Assembly (NCBI GenBank): GCA_031415935.1
Contig: JANOSR010000301.1
Span: 1 to 48,708 of the forward strand
Source of the DNA: Steroidobacteraceae bacterium
GTDB lineage: Bacteria > Pseudomonadota > Gammaproteobacteria > Steroidobacterales > Steroidobacteraceae
Reading direction: 5' to 3'
Length of the DNA: 48,708 bases
The translations under genes were made by a program, and so were the position numbers. The notes below the pieces were generated by a model that was not told the origin of the DNA, searched no databases, and saw only the letters and a list, made by a program, of their open reading frames with translations. Positions 33,927 to 43,590 of the stretch are shown one piece after another. How positions within the stretch are numbered: the first letter of the stretch is position 1; every line of letters starts with the position of its first letter.

Positions 33927-35714
33927 TTATTTCCTGCCGACCTGCAGCACCGCCAGGAATGCCTCCTGCGGGATCTCGACCGTGCCGAACTGCTTCATGC
34001 GCTTCTTGCCCGCCTTTTGCTTCTCGAGAAGCTTGCGCTTGCGCGTCACGTCGCCGCCATAGCACTTTGCCAGCACGTTCTTGCGCAGTGCCTTGACCGA
34101 TGCGCGGGCGATGACCTGACCGCCGATTGCCGCCTGGATCGCCACTTCGAACATCTGGCGCGGAATCAGTTCCTGCATTTTGTCCACGAGTTCGCGACCG
34201 CGATGATAGGCGCTTTCACGGTGGATGATCATCGACAGCGCGTCCACGCGCTCGTTGTTGATCAGCAGATCCAGCTTCACGAGCGGCGCGCGCTGGAAGT
34301 GGCTGAACTCGTAGTCGAATGACGCATAGCCGCGGCTCGCCGACTTGAGCCGGTCAAAGAAATCGAGCACGACTTCGGCCAGCGGCAATTCGTACTGCAG
34401 TGACATCTGCGTGCCGAGCTGCAGCATTTTCTTCTGGGCTCCGCGCTTCTCCTGGCACAGCTTGATCACCGGGCCGACGTGCTCCGGTGGTACCAGGATA
34501 TTTGCGAGGATGATCGGTTCGCGCAGTTCCTCGATCGAGGCCGGCAGCTTCGACGGATTGTCCACCAGGGTCACCTTGCCGCCTGGCTCGAGGACTTCAT
34601 AGACGACGGTCGGCGCGCTCGTGACCAGCTCGAGGCTGTATTCGCGCTCGAGGCGTTCCTGCACGATATCCATGTGCAGCAGCCCGAGGAAGCCGCAGCG
34701 AAAACCGAAGCCGAGCGCCGTGGAGACCTCCGGCTCAAAATGCAGGGAGGAGTCATTCAGCTTGAGTTTCTGCAGCGCGTCGCGGAATGCCTCGTACTGG
34801 TCGGATTGGATCGGGAACAGGCCTGCGAAGACGCGTGGCTGCACGGTCTTGAATCCCGGCAGCGGCTGGTCGCAGGGCCGCGATTCATGTGTGATCGTGT
34901 CGCCGACCGGCGCACCGTCGATTTCCTTGATGCCCGCGACCATCCAGCCGACCTCGCCGGTCTCGAGCACCTCCGCCTCCACGCGCTTCGGCGTGAAACG
35001 GCCGACCTGGTCAACCTGCCGGCTGCGGCCCGTGGACATGATGCGGATCCGGTCGTTGCGCCGCAGCGCGCCATTGACGACCCGAACGAGCGACACGACA
35101 CCGACGTAGTTGTCGAACCAGGAATCCACGATCAGCGCTTGCAGCGGGGCCGCGGCGTCGCCACGCGGCGGCGGGATGCGGCGCACCAGCGCCTCGAGCA
35201 GCTGGTCGACGTTCTCGCCGGTCTTCGCGCTGACTCGCACCGCGTCGCGGGCTTCGATGCCGATGATCTCCTCGATCTCCGCGATCACGCGCTCCGGGTC
35301 CGCCGAGGGCAGGTCAATCTTGTTGATGACCGGGAGCACCTCGAGGCCCTGTTCGAGCGCCGTGTTGCAGTTGGCGACGCTTTGCGCCTCGACACCCTGC
35401 GCGGCATCGACGACCAGCAGCGCGCCCTCGCAGGCGGCCAGCGAGCGTGACACCTCGTAGGAAAAATCCACATGGCCCGGCGTATCGATGAAATTGAGCT
35501 GGTATTCGCCGCCGTCGGCAGCACGGTAGCGCAGCGTGACCGACTGAGCCTTGATCGTGATGCCGCGCTCGCGCTCGAGGTCCATCGAGTCGAGCACCTG
35601 CTCCTGCATCTCGCGTGCTTCGAGACCTCCACAAATCTGGATCAGCCGGTCGGCCAGCGTTGACTTGCCATGATCGATGTGCGCGATGATGGAAAAATTG
35701 CGGATCTTCTGCAT
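33927..35714 (-). CDS. lepA: Translation elongation factor 4 (LepA)
   Basis: [23 protein letters not shown]... The track start at 35717 is a TTG one codon upstream of the ATG. Confidence 0.95.
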   Translation of the reverse strand: MQKIRNFSIIAHIDHGKSTLADRLIQICGGLEAREMQEQVLDSMDLERERGITIKAQSVTLRYRAADGGEYQLNFIDTPGHVDFSYEVSRSLAACEGALLVVDAAQGVEAQSVANCNTALEQGLEVLPVINKIDLPSADPERVIAEIEEIIGIEARDAVRVSAKTGENVDQLLEALVRRIPPPRGDAAAPLQALIVDSWFDNYVGVVSLVRVVNGALRRNDRIRIMSTGRSRQVDQVGRFTPKRVEAEVLETGEVGWMVAGIKEIDGAPVGDTITHESRPCDQPLPGFKTVQPRVFAGLFPIQSDQYEAFRDALQKLKLNDSSLHFEPEVSTALGFGFRCGFLGLLHMDIVQERLEREYSLELVTSAPTVVYEVLEPGGKVTLVDNPSKLPASIEELREPIILANILVPPEHVGPVIKLCQEKRGAQKKMLQLGTQMSLQYELPLAEVVLDFFDRLKSASRGYASFDYEFSHFQRAPLVKLDLLINNERVDALSMIIHRESAYHRGRELVDKMQELIPRQMFEVAIQAAIGGQVIARASVKALRKNVLAKCYGGDVTRKRKLLEKQKAGKKRMKQFGTVEIPQEAFLAVLQVGRK

Positions 35715-35767
35715 CAAGGGGGGGGCCGGCCGCTCTGTTGCCGGACAAGCGGTCCGGGGAACGCGCG

Positions 35768-35776
35768 ATTATAGCA
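35768..35776 (-). promoter_or_regulatory. Candidate extended -10 promoter element for lepA
   Basis: Sense strand TGCTATAAT (TGn + perfect TATAAT) in the 72-nt gap upstream of lepA. No good -35. Confidence 0.35.
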
Positions 35777-35786
35777 GTCGCCCGCG

Positions 35787-36041
35787 TCAGGGCCGGTCAG
35801 CGCGCGAGAGCAATCGCGTGACCACCGCGGCGTCGAGCCGTCCCTGGCAAACTGGAATGCCATCCACGGTGAGCACTGGAATCTTGAGGCCAAAGCGTCG
35901 CCGTGTCCGCGGATCGGCATCGACGTCGCGCACGTCAACGCGTTCGGCGAAGGGCGCGAGCTGAAGCGCCAGCTCGGCGATGAACTCGTCGCATAGCGGG
36001 CAATTCGCGCGACTGTAGACCACGAACCGCGGCTCGGACAT
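35787..36041 (-). CDS. Glutaredoxin-like thioredoxin-fold protein (DUF836-like), CPLC active site
   Basis: 84 aa. FVVYSRANCPLCDEF ... IPVLTVDG is a Grx/NrdH-like pattern. Confidence 0.75.
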   Translation of the reverse strand: MSEPRFVVYSRANCPLCDEFIAELALQLAPFAERVDVRDVDADPRTRRRFGLKIPVLTVDGIPVCQGRLDAAVVTRLLSRADRP

Positions 36042-36058
36042 CCCGGCAGGCCGGGCGC

Positions 36059-37021
36059 TCAGCGCTTGGGTTCCGGTGCTGCGGGCGTGAGACCGGTGGC
36101 GATGTACTTCAGCGTGTCCGGTGGCACTTCGCCGACCACCGTGACCTGATGACCCTGGACGATCGTCGAAAATGCCGATGCGACGCCGGAACGCCCGGAT
36201 CCGGTGACCGGCACCGTGCCTGGTGCCGGCGTTTCGATGAACACCGACACCGACGCCAGACCGTCGGAAAAGACCAGATGGCTGACCGGTGCGCTCGTGC
36301 CGGCCATGGACTGCAGTCCGCTGACCGACAAGCGAAAGCCGGGGGGCATCTGCGCCGCGCGCCAGGCGGGCGCGACACCCGTCGTCTGCGGCGCCTGGCG
36401 AACCCAGCGCAGCTTCGCGCGGTCGAGCTCCGGTTCGAACGCCGCATCGGCAATGGCATCGTCGAGCTCTAGGCGCGTGAAGCGCACGCGTTCGATCACA
36501 CGACTGGCGGCATCCGACAGCTCGCTTCGCACCGGCATGTGGGTCGCTTCATCGATCCACAGTCGATAGCCGAATCGGTAGCCGTCCCGCGGCCGGACCA
36601 CGACGACTGCCGCGGGACCGAGCAGCGCAGCCTCGCGTCCGACATAACTGACTTCATACCAGGGCCGGAAGTCCCCGCCAAATTGCGGCAGGGTGCCCAT
36701 CAGGTCGCTGCCTGCGGGTCGCCGCTCGATGATCGCGAGCTTCTGGTCGGGAAGATAGACGACGACCTCGTCGCCGTCCCGGATCAGTTCGCGCCCGTTG
36801 CCGGACAACGAAACCAGGCGCTCCGCAACGGCCCCGTCCCGGACCCGGTGCACGATGCGCAACCGTTCTGCGCGCCCGGCCGATTCGCAGACGAATTCGC
36901 CGGCATAGCTGGTGCGGGCAAGCGCGCCGGCCATGCGGTCGAGCCATTCCTGGCCTTCGTCCGCTGCGGCGGGCAGTGCGACGAGAAGCGCAACCGACGT
37001 CAATGCATGCCGGATGTTCAC
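36059..37021 (-). CDS. rseB: Sigma-E regulatory protein RseB/MucB
   Basis: Signal peptide, then EWLDRMAGALARTSYAGEFV... MucB_RseB pattern. GTG start overlaps the rseA stop. Confidence 0.85.
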   Translation of the reverse strand: MNIRHALTSVALLVALPAAADEGQEWLDRMAGALARTSYAGEFVCESAGRAERLRIVHRVRDGAVAERLVSLSGNGRELIRDGDEVVVYLPDQKLAIIERRPAGSDLMGTLPQFGGDFRPWYEVSYVGREAALLGPAAVVVVRPRDGYRFGYRLWIDEATHMPVRSELSDAASRVIERVRFTRLELDDAIADAAFEPELDRAKLRWVRQAPQTTGVAPAWRAAQMPPGFRLSVSGLQSMAGTSAPVSHLVFSDGLASVSVFIETPAPGTVPVTGSGRSGVASAFSTIVQGHQVTVVGEVPPDTLKYIATGLTPAAPEPKR

Positions 37022-37650
37022 TGATTGGCCCGGGGAATCTCCGCCGCCGGCGTGTCACTGCCCGCCACTTCCTGCGGGGCGACGATCAGGCCGGTCACGA
37101 CGCTGCGCCGGACCAGCGGCGAGGCATAACCGCTATGCGCCACGAGATAGTTGGCGAACTGGGCCGCCGGCAGCCTGCCTGGTCCATCGGCCGCGGCAGG
37201 CGTCGTGTAAGGACGGGATGGCGTTTCAGCCGGGTCTGCCGCGACGGATACCGGCTCGACTGGCGTATCCGCAACCTGCGCCAGGATCGGCTCAGTCTGA
37301 CCAGGATCCTTCGCGTCGATCCGCTGCATCAGCAGCAGCGCGAGCGCTGCGACACCCGCGGCCACCGCGAGCCCGGCCAGGGGCCGCAACAGCGTCGTAG
37401 ACCGGAATACGGCAACTGCCATGCGGCCCGATGGTTCACGCGCGATAGCTGCGCTGACGCGCGCGGCGACCTGGCGCGCAGCGGGCACGTCGCCATCGCT
37501 GCGCAGCACCGCGCCGATCAGCGAGTAACGCGACAGGGCGCCGCGCAAGTCGTCGTCGCGCTCCAGCCGCTTCAGCAAAAGCGCCGATTCCGGCTCCGGC
37601 AGTTCGCCGTCCAGGAACGCCGAAAGTTGTTCCTTGATCCGTTCACTCAT
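37018..37650 (-). CDS. rseA: Anti-sigma-E factor RseA/MucA
   Basis: N-terminal LSAFLDGEL...W-less ZAS-like anti-sigma domain, a central TM, and position between rpoE and rseB. Confidence 0.8.
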   Translation of the reverse strand: MSERIKEQLSAFLDGELPEPESALLLKRLERDDDLRGALSRYSLIGAVLRSDGDVPAARQVAARVSAAIAREPSGRMAVAVFRSTTLLRPLAGLAVAAGVAALALLLMQRIDAKDPGQTEPILAQVADTPVEPVSVAADPAETPSRPYTTPAAADGPGRLPAAQFANYLVAHSGYASPLVRRSVVTGLIVAPQEVAGSDTPAAEIPRANQ

Positions 37651-38253
37651 TCAGGAATCTCCGATCCGGCCCAGGCCGCCGTCGAATACCTCGCGCAGGC
37701 TGCGATCGATCGCCTCGCGCGCCCGGAAGATTCTCGACCTGACGGTTCCGACCGGGCATTCCATCGTCTTCGCAATGTTTTCGTAGCTCAGGCCCTCGAG
37801 TTCACGCAGCATGATCGCGAGTCGCAGATCGTCCGGCAGGGCCTCGATGGCTTCATTGACCGTCCGGCGGATCTCTTCGGTCAGCGCGAGCGCCTCCGGT
37901 GTCTCCGTATCGGCCAGCCGGGCATGTGCCTGGACCTGCGATCCGTCCTGCGGATCGAGATCGTAGGAGATCGGCCGGCGCCGGTTTGCGACCAGCGCGT
38001 TCTTGGCCGTATTGATCGCGATCCGGTAGAGCCAGGTGTAGAAAGCGCTGTCACCGCGAAACGCCGGCAATGCGCGATAGGCCTTGATGAAGGCCTCCTG
38101 CGCGATGTCCTCGGCGTCCGCCGGATTGCGAACGTAGCGTTGCACCAGCTTCAGCACCTTGTGCTGATACTTCAGCACGAGCGCATCGAAGGCTGACTTG
38201 TCGCCCTTCTGCACCCGACGGACAAGCGCAATATCGCCTGCTTCAGCCCGCAT
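37651..38253 (-). CDS. rpoE: ECF sigma factor RpoE (sigma-24/AlgU)
   Basis: 200 aa from MRAEAGDIALVRRVQKGDKSAFDALVLKYQHKV... Near-canonical regions 2 and 4. The longer track ORF is a 5' run-on. Confidence 0.9.
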   Translation of the reverse strand: MRAEAGDIALVRRVQKGDKSAFDALVLKYQHKVLKLVQRYVRNPADAEDIAQEAFIKAYRALPAFRGDSAFYTWLYRIAINTAKNALVANRRRPISYDLDPQDGSQVQAHARLADTETPEALALTEEIRRTVNEAIEALPDDLRLAIMLRELEGLSYENIAKTMECPVGTVRSRIFRAREAIDRSLREVFDGGLGRIGDS

Positions 38254-38295
38254 TGGCTCGACGATCAGCGCGCTACCTACTGCCGTCACGCCGGG

Positions 38296-38322
38296 TATGA
38301 CCGGCAGGCCCCCCATTAGTTC
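38296..38322 (-). promoter_or_regulatory. Candidate sigma-E-dependent (autoregulated) rpoE promoter
   Basis: Sense strand GAACTA (38322-38317), 16-nt spacer, TCATA (38300-38296). Compare consensus GGAACTT-N16-TCnAA. About 40 nt upstream of the ATG. Confidence 0.45.
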
Positions 38323-38380
38323 GACGGGGCCGGGGCAGGATGGCGCCCGCCGCCTCCTTGTGTGATCCAGCCTGCGGATT

Positions 38381-38797
38381 CTAGCAAGCCAGGCGCAGGC
38401 GGGCCTTGAGACGCCGGAATTGGCCGGAATCCATGGCCGCACGTGTCAGCAGCCAGCCCAGGCGTCGCCGCCCGGTCGCCAGATCGATCGCGATCAGGTC
38501 GGCATGGACCCGGGTACCCGGACCGACGCGGGCGGGCCTGTCGCAGGCGTCACCCGCAAGCCTCACCCGCCAGGCATCACCACGGTACACAAGACCCTGA
38601 AGCCGGCAATGGCGACCCGGCAGGCGGGCAAGCGTCGCAGTGAAGGCAGCGATCGCGAGCAGCGACAACGAAACGGCGAGCCAGGTCGGGCAGCGCGTGG
38701 CCCAAGGCAATGCGGCAGCCGAAAGATGCAGCAACAAGGCCGCTGCCGCCAGGCGCGGCTCCGGCCGTGGCTCAATTTCGACGGGAAACGATGTCAT
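38381..38797 (-). CDS. ygfX: YgfX/CptA-family inner-membrane protein (DUF1434)
   Basis: Two N-terminal TM helices. C-terminal WLLTRAAMDSGQFRRLKARLR parallels E. coli YgfX LWLAADSMDEAEWRDLRRIL. Its start overlaps the last 26 nt of sdhE. Confidence 0.65.
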   Translation of the reverse strand: MTSFPVEIEPRPEPRLAAAALLLHLSAAALPWATRCPTWLAVSLSLLAIAAFTATLARLPGRHCRLQGLVYRGDAWRVRLAGDACDRPARVGPGTRVHADLIAIDLATGRRRLGWLLTRAAMDSGQFRRLKARLRLAC

Positions 38798-39017
38798 CTA
38801 GCAGCGTCGAGATCGGCTGATCGTCGGGGCGGTGGCCGTGCAGCAGCCAGTCGGCCAATTGCGGATCCGGCTCCTCGAGCAGGCGCAGGAATGCGGCACG
38901 CCGGTTGGCGTCGGCCACTGCCCAGCCGCGATCGAGCCAGCGGCAGAGCAGCAGGTCGAGCTCCCGCATGCCACGGCGGCATCGCCACCGGAGGAAGCCC
39001 TGCGTGACGTCCTGCAT
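38772..39017 (-). CDS. sdhE: Succinate dehydrogenase flavinylation factor SdhE (YgfY/CptB)
   Basis: MQDVTQGFLRWRCRRGMRELDLLL carries the RGxxE motif. The ATG at 39017 with a GAGG RBS is preferred over the GTG at 39035. Confidence 0.85.
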   Translation of the reverse strand: MQDVTQGFLRWRCRRGMRELDLLLCRWLDRGWAVADANRRAAFLRLLEEPDPQLADWLLHGHRPDDQPISTLLDDIVSRRN

Positions 39018-39024
39018 GCCGGCC

Positions 39025-39813
39025 TCAGATGCCACGGCTGGCCAGCCGGCGCTTGATCGCGGCGATCGCCCGCGCGGGATTGAGATCCTTGGGGCAGGCT
39101 TCGACGCAATTCATGATCGTGTGGCAGCGATAGAGCTTGAACGAGTCCTCGAGCTGGTCGAGCCGTTCGCCCTGCGCTTCATCGCGCGTGTCCACGATCC
39201 AGCGGTAGGCGGCCAGCAGCGCCGCCGGACCCAGAAAACGGTCACTGCTCCACCAGTAGCTCGGACAGCCGGTGGAGCAGCAGGCACAGAGGATGCAGGC
39301 CGACGGCCGGTCGACCAGTTCCTGGTCGGCCGGCGACTGTGTCCGTTCGCGCCCGGCCGGCGCAGGCTCGCGGGTCTGCAGCCAGGGTCGAATCGACGCG
39401 TACTGCTCATAGAAATGTGTCAGGTCCGGCACCAGGTCCTTGATGACCGGCAGGTGAGGCAGCGGAAATATCCGGGATTCGCCACCCTTCGACTCGATCG
39501 GGCAGGTGCAGGCGAGCATGTTGAGCCCATCGATATTCATCGCGCAGGAACCGCAGATCCCTTCCCGGCAGGAACGCCGGAATGTCAGCGTCGCATCGAT
39601 CTCATTCTTGATCTTGATGAGTGCGTCGAGAACCATCGGTCCACAACGGTCGAGATCGACATCGAAGGTGTCGACACACGGCGGCTGGCCGGAATCTGGA
39701 TCGAAACGATAGATGCGGAACCGGCGAACGCGCTTTGCCGCCGGCGCCGCTGGAAAATGGCGGCCGGGCCGATCCGTGTAGCGGGAATTCGCGGGCAAAC
39801 GGAACTGGGCCAT
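39025..39813 (-). CDS. sdhB: Succinate dehydrogenase iron-sulfur subunit
   Basis: Cys clusters [35 protein letters not shown]. Confidence 0.95.
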   Translation of the reverse strand: MAQFRLPANSRYTDRPGRHFPAAPAAKRVRRFRIYRFDPDSGQPPCVDTFDVDLDRCGPMVLDALIKIKNEIDATLTFRRSCREGICGSCAMNIDGLNMLACTCPIESKGGESRIFPLPHLPVIKDLVPDLTHFYEQYASIRPWLQTREPAPAGRERTQSPADQELVDRPSACILCACCSTGCPSYWWSSDRFLGPAALLAAYRWIVDTRDEAQGERLDQLEDSFKLYRCHTIMNCVEACPKDLNPARAIAAIKRRLASRGI

Positions 39814-39833
39814 ACGGCGTTCTCCAATGCGTC

Positions 39834-41618
39834 CTAGTAGGTTCTCGCGCGCGGCGGTATCGCGTCCACGTCGCCCGTCAGCGTGTTCAGATGCACCGGG
39901 CGATAGTCGAATCGCACCGCACCGTCATCTGCGACCCATGCCAGCGTGTGCTTCAGCCAGTTGGCGTCGTCGCGGTCGGGATGGTCCTCGCGCGCATGCG
40001 CACCGCGGCTCTCGGTGCGATTCGCGGCGGAGTGGATCGTCGCCAGCGATTGCCGCAGCAGATTGTCGAGCTCAAGCGCTTCGACGAGGTCGGTGTTGAA
40101 TATAAGCGACCGGTCGGACAAGCGCAGCTCGCTGAAGGATTCGAAGGTTTGCCCGAGGCGCCTGCAGCCGTCTGCGAGGCTGGCGCCACTTCGGAAAACG
40201 GCTGCGTCGCGCTGCATCCCACGCTGCATTTCCTCACGTATCGCGGCTGTCGGGCGGCTGCCATTCGCGTGTCGGACGCGGTCGAAGCGCGCAATGGCCG
40301 CGTCCGTCGCCTGCGGCGCAGGCGTGCCGCGCGCCGATCCCGGCCGCAGCACTGCGGCACAGCGCGCAGCCGCCGCCCGTCCGAACACGACCAGGTCCAG
40401 CAGCGAATTGGAACCCAGGCGGTTGGCACCATGCACCGAGACGCAGGCCGCCTCGCCGATCGCCATCAGCCCTGGCACGACGGCTTCCGGATCACCATTC
40501 CTGGCGGTCAGCACCTCGCCGTGAATATTGCAGGGTACTCCGCCCATGTTGTAGTGAACGGTGGGCAGCACCGGGATCGGCGCGCGCGTCACATCCACGC
40601 CCGCGAAGATCATTGCAGTCTCGGCAATGCCCGGCAGCCGCTTGCGGATCACGTCGGCGTCCAGGTGCTCGAGGTGCAGGTACAGATGATCGTGCTCGGG
40701 CCCGACTCCGCGGCCCTCGCGGATTTCGATCGTCATGGCACGGCTGACCACGTCACGCGAAGCCAGGTCCCTGGCATTCGGCGCGTAGCGCTCCATGAAA
40801 CGCTCGCCCCCGGAATTCCGCAGGATGCCGCCCTCGCCGCGCACGCCCTCGGTGATCAGGCAGCCTGCGCCGTAGATGCCGGTCGGATGAAACTGCACGA
40901 ATTCCATGTCCTGAAGCGGCAGTCCCGCGCGCAATGCCATACCGCCGCCGTCGCCGGTGCAGGTATGCGCCGATGTACAGGAAAAATAGGTCCGGCCGTA
41001 TCCGCCGGTCGCGAGAATCGTGGCCTGCGCCAGGAACCGGTGCAATGTCCCGGTCGCCATGTCGAGCGCCAGCACGCCGCGGCATTCGCCGTGTTCCATG
41101 ATCAGGTCGATCGCGAAATATTCGATGAAGAATCTGGCCTCATGCCGGAGACATTGCTGGTAAAGCGTGTGCAGCATCGCGTGACCGGTGCGATCCGCGG
41201 CGGCGCAGGTGCGCTGCGCGATGCCCTTGCCGTAGTTCGTGGTCATGCCGCCGAATGGCCGCTGATAAATGCGCCCATCCTCGGTGCGCGAGAATGGCAG
41301 GCCAAAGTGCTCCAGCTCAATGACGGCCGCCGCCGCCTCCTTGCACATGAACTCGATCGCGTCCTGGTCCCCCAGCCAGTCCGAGCCCTTGATCGTGTCA
41401 TAAAAGTGAAATCGCCAGTCGTCCTCGCCCATGTTGCCGAGTGCCGCACTGATGCCACCCTGGGCCGCCACCGTGTGGCTGCGGGTCGGGAACACCTTGG
41501 TGATGCACGCGGTGGCGAGCCCCGCCTGCGCGAGGCCCACGGTCGCCCGCAATCCGGCGCCCCCGGCACCGACCACGATGACGTCGAATGGATGATCGAC
41601 CAGTTCGTAGGGCTTCAT
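39834..41618 (-). CDS. sdhA: Succinate dehydrogenase flavoprotein subunit
   Basis: 594 aa from [25 protein letters not shown]. Covalent-FAD His context [14 protein letters not shown] overlap with the sdhD stop. Confidence 0.95.
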   Translation of the reverse strand: MKPYELVDHPFDVIVVGAGGAGLRATVGLAQAGLATACITKVFPTRSHTVAAQGGISAALGNMGEDDWRFHFYDTIKGSDWLGDQDAIEFMCKEAAAAVIELEHFGLPFSRTEDGRIYQRPFGGMTTNYGKGIAQRTCAAADRTGHAMLHTLYQQCLRHEARFFIEYFAIDLIMEHGECRGVLALDMATGTLHRFLAQATILATGGYGRTYFSCTSAHTCTGDGGGMALRAGLPLQDMEFVQFHPTGIYGAGCLITEGVRGEGGILRNSGGERFMERYAPNARDLASRDVVSRAMTIEIREGRGVGPEHDHLYLHLEHLDADVIRKRLPGIAETAMIFAGVDVTRAPIPVLPTVHYNMGGVPCNIHGEVLTARNGDPEAVVPGLMAIGEAACVSVHGANRLGSNSLLDLVVFGRAAAARCAAVLRPGSARGTPAPQATDAAIARFDRVRHANGSRPTAAIREEMQRGMQRDAAVFRSGASLADGCRRLGQTFESFSELRLSDRSLIFNTDLVEALELDNLLRQSLATIHSAANRTESRGAHAREDHPDRDDANWLKHTLAWVADDGAVRFDYRPVHLNTLTGDVDAIPPRARTY

Positions 41619-41992
41619 GCGCCGCCCAGGGCAATCGCCCAGATCGACCAGGCGACCGCGATGGCTGCCGCCCAATGTGCGATTTGCAGGAGTCGCGCCG
41701 TCGGGGCATACAGGCGGCCACCCACGTAATCCTCGACCACCACCTGCACGCCTTGCGCGGAATGCCACAGGGCGCACCAGGCGAACAGCAGCAACAATAG
41801 CGCCTGCAGCGGCTCAGCGATCCACGCAGCCACTGTTGTGTAGTCGAGTGTCGGCAGCATCAGCAGCGTGTAAAGGAACCAGAGTCCCAGCGGCAGCAAG
41901 GCGATCGCGCTGACGCGCTGGTTGCGCCAGTGGCGCGTCGCATGCGGGTCAGGCGGAGCGATCGCCGCGCCGTGCGGATCTTGCCTGTTCAT
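41615..41992 (-). CDS. sdhD: Succinate dehydrogenase membrane anchor subunit SdhD
   Basis: 125 aa, three TM helices. [15 protein letters not shown] and [13 protein letters not shown] motifs. ATGA overlap with the sdhC stop. Confidence 0.85.
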   Translation of the reverse strand: MNRQDPHGAAIAPPDPHATRHWRNQRVSAIALLPLGLWFLYTLLMLPTLDYTTVAAWIAEPLQALLLLLFAWCALWHSAQGVQVVVEDYVGGRLYAPTARLLQIAHWAAAIAVAWSIWAIALGGA

Positions 41993-42387
41993 GGCGCCGC
42001 CACAAAGAAGCGCCAGGCCAGCGCCAGCGTCGCTATCGATGCCAGGGCAGCGAGCGCGACAACGGTCAAGCCGCTCTTCCTGGCCACCGTCTTTTCGAAA
42101 CCGAGGCCCGCATCCCAGGCCATGTGTCGCAATCCGGCGAACAGGTGATACCAGAAGGCGACCAGCGCAGCGGCCAGCACGAGCCGCACGGGCACACTCG
42201 AGAAGTACCGGATCGCCGTCGCGTAAACTTCCGGGCCGCGCGCCGCTGCGACGAGCCATCCGACCAATAGCAGGCTGCTGGCGGATAGCGCGAGACCCGA
42301 GATGCGGTGCAGGCCCGACAGCACCATCGTGAGTGCCAGGCGGAATACCTGGAGGTGCGGGGACAATGGCCGATCGTGGCTCGACAA
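41989..42387 (-). CDS. sdhC: Succinate dehydrogenase cytochrome b556 subunit SdhC
   Basis: SSHDRPLSPHLQVFRL..HRISG... No in-frame ATG. The TTG at 42387 is preceded by AAGGTG 7 nt upstream. Alternative GTG at 42396. Confidence 0.8.
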   Translation of the reverse strand: MSSHDRPLSPHLQVFRLALTMVLSGLHRISGLALSASSLLLVGWLVAAARGPEVYATAIRYFSSVPVRLVLAAALVAFWYHLFAGLRHMAWDAGLGFEKTVARKSGLTVVALAALASIATLALAWRFFVAAP

Positions 42388-42641
42388 GTAAGGCACCTTC
42401 AGAAATCGATGCAACGGCCGGCTTTCTCCCAGTCGCCGTAGCGTGTCGGCTCCGGTCCCGGCGGCCCTCCAAGCTCCCGCGGCGCAATCGCGGCGGCCCC
42501 CGGTGAGGTCGCTGGATCGCTGGTCGGGGTGCTTGTCGGCGGCACGGGCGCAGGGGCTTGCATCGCTGTCTATTCTGCCAGATCGTGATTCCACTGCCCA
42601 AGGCCATTTGCCGCGTCTTCAGCGAGATGCACTGCGTTACG

Positions 42642-43544
42642 ATGTCGGCGATGCCGAAAACACGTTGCGCTCTGCTGCCGGAATTCTCGGTCGTCGCCGT
42701 CTCGGGGCGCGACGCGCGATCCTTCCTGCAGGGTCAATTGACAAACGACCTGCTCGGGCTTGAGCGCCACCCGGGGCTGCTGGCCGCCGGCTGCAATCGC
42801 GAAGGCAGGGTGCTCGAAATCCTGCGGCTCGCATCGCGCGGCGATACCGTGTTGATCGTCGTTCGACATTCGCTGGCAGCGCCGCTGATCGCACGCCTCG
42901 AGAAGCATGTCCTGCGTGCCGAGGTTTCAATCGAGGATTCAAGCCTCACGCTCGCCGTCGCGGGAATGCTGGACACAGCGCCGGGCGGATCATGGTCGCA
43001 GGCGGCGGCCGCTGCCGCAGGAGTCACGATGATGGTGGCCGGCGCACGCAGGCTGTTGCTGGTGGGTTCGCCGGCATCGCTGGAGAGGGTGATGGGCGAC
43101 GCGGATCGAGCGTCATCTGGCGACTGGGACCGTGCCTGCGTCGAGGACGGTGAGCCGACTGTCCACCCTGAGACCGCCGGCAACTGGATCCCGCAAATGC
43201 TGAATCTAGACCTGCTGTCGGCCGTCAGTTTCACGAAAGGATGCTACGTCGGCCAGGAAATCGTCGCGCGTACCCAGCACCTGGGCCGCATCAAGCGCCG
43301 CATGCTCCGCTATGCAGGGCCTGCCGGTGCGTCCTTCTCGCCCGGGCAGCCGCTTTATTGTGTCGAGTCGCAGGCCGCCCAGGTCGTAGCAAGTTGCGAC
43401 GGGCCAGATGGCATGGAATTGCTCGCGGTCACCGAACTGCGGTTCTGCAGCGACCTGCTGGGGGCCAGGCCCGGCGGCACGGAATTGGTGCCGGCCGATC
43501 TGCCCTACTCCATCCCGGCACCCGCGACCGCGCTCGAGCCATGA
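42642..43544 (+). CDS. ygfZ: YgfZ/CAF17 folate-binding Fe-S cluster repair / tRNA-modification protein
   Basis: GcvT-like fold. SGRDARSFLQGQLTND and KGCYVGQEIVAR signature. Start ambiguous between 42627, 42642 and 42651. Confidence 0.85.
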   Translation: MSAMPKTRCALLPEFSVVAVSGRDARSFLQGQLTNDLLGLERHPGLLAAGCNREGRVLEILRLASRGDTVLIVVRHSLAAPLIARLEKHVLRAEVSIEDSSLTLAVAGMLDTAPGGSWSQAAAAAAGVTMMVAGARRLLLVGSPASLERVMGDADRASSGDWDRACVEDGEPTVHPETAGNWIPQMLNLDLLSAVSFTKGCYVGQEIVARTQHLGRIKRRMLRYAGPAGASFSPGQPLYCVESQAAQVVASCDGPDGMELLAVTELRFCSDLLGARPGGTELVPADLPYSIPAPATALEP

Positions 43545-43590
43545 GAAGCAGGTGGACCACTGGCGCACTCGAGCGCTCCGAACAGCGCAG

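Noticed and set aside
36976-38196. 406-aa plus-strand ORF, and the similar 12729-13787 and 13805-14860 ORFs
   Set aside because: They are antisense to rseA/rpoE, lpxK and msbA respectively, all of which have strong family signatures. Shadow ORFs.
38381-39017. sdhE-ygfX as a stand-alone CptB/CptA toxin-antitoxin or defence cassette
   Set aside because: The pair is operonic with sdhCDAB, and sdhE carries the flavinylation RGxxE motif. An assembly role is the simpler reading. It is kept as a finding about function, not as a mobile TA system.
39621-41729. 702-aa ORF on the plus strand
   Set aside because: It is antisense to sdhB and sdhA, which have clear FAD and Fe-S signatures. The translation is low-complexity and Arg-rich. 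GC-driven shadow ORF.
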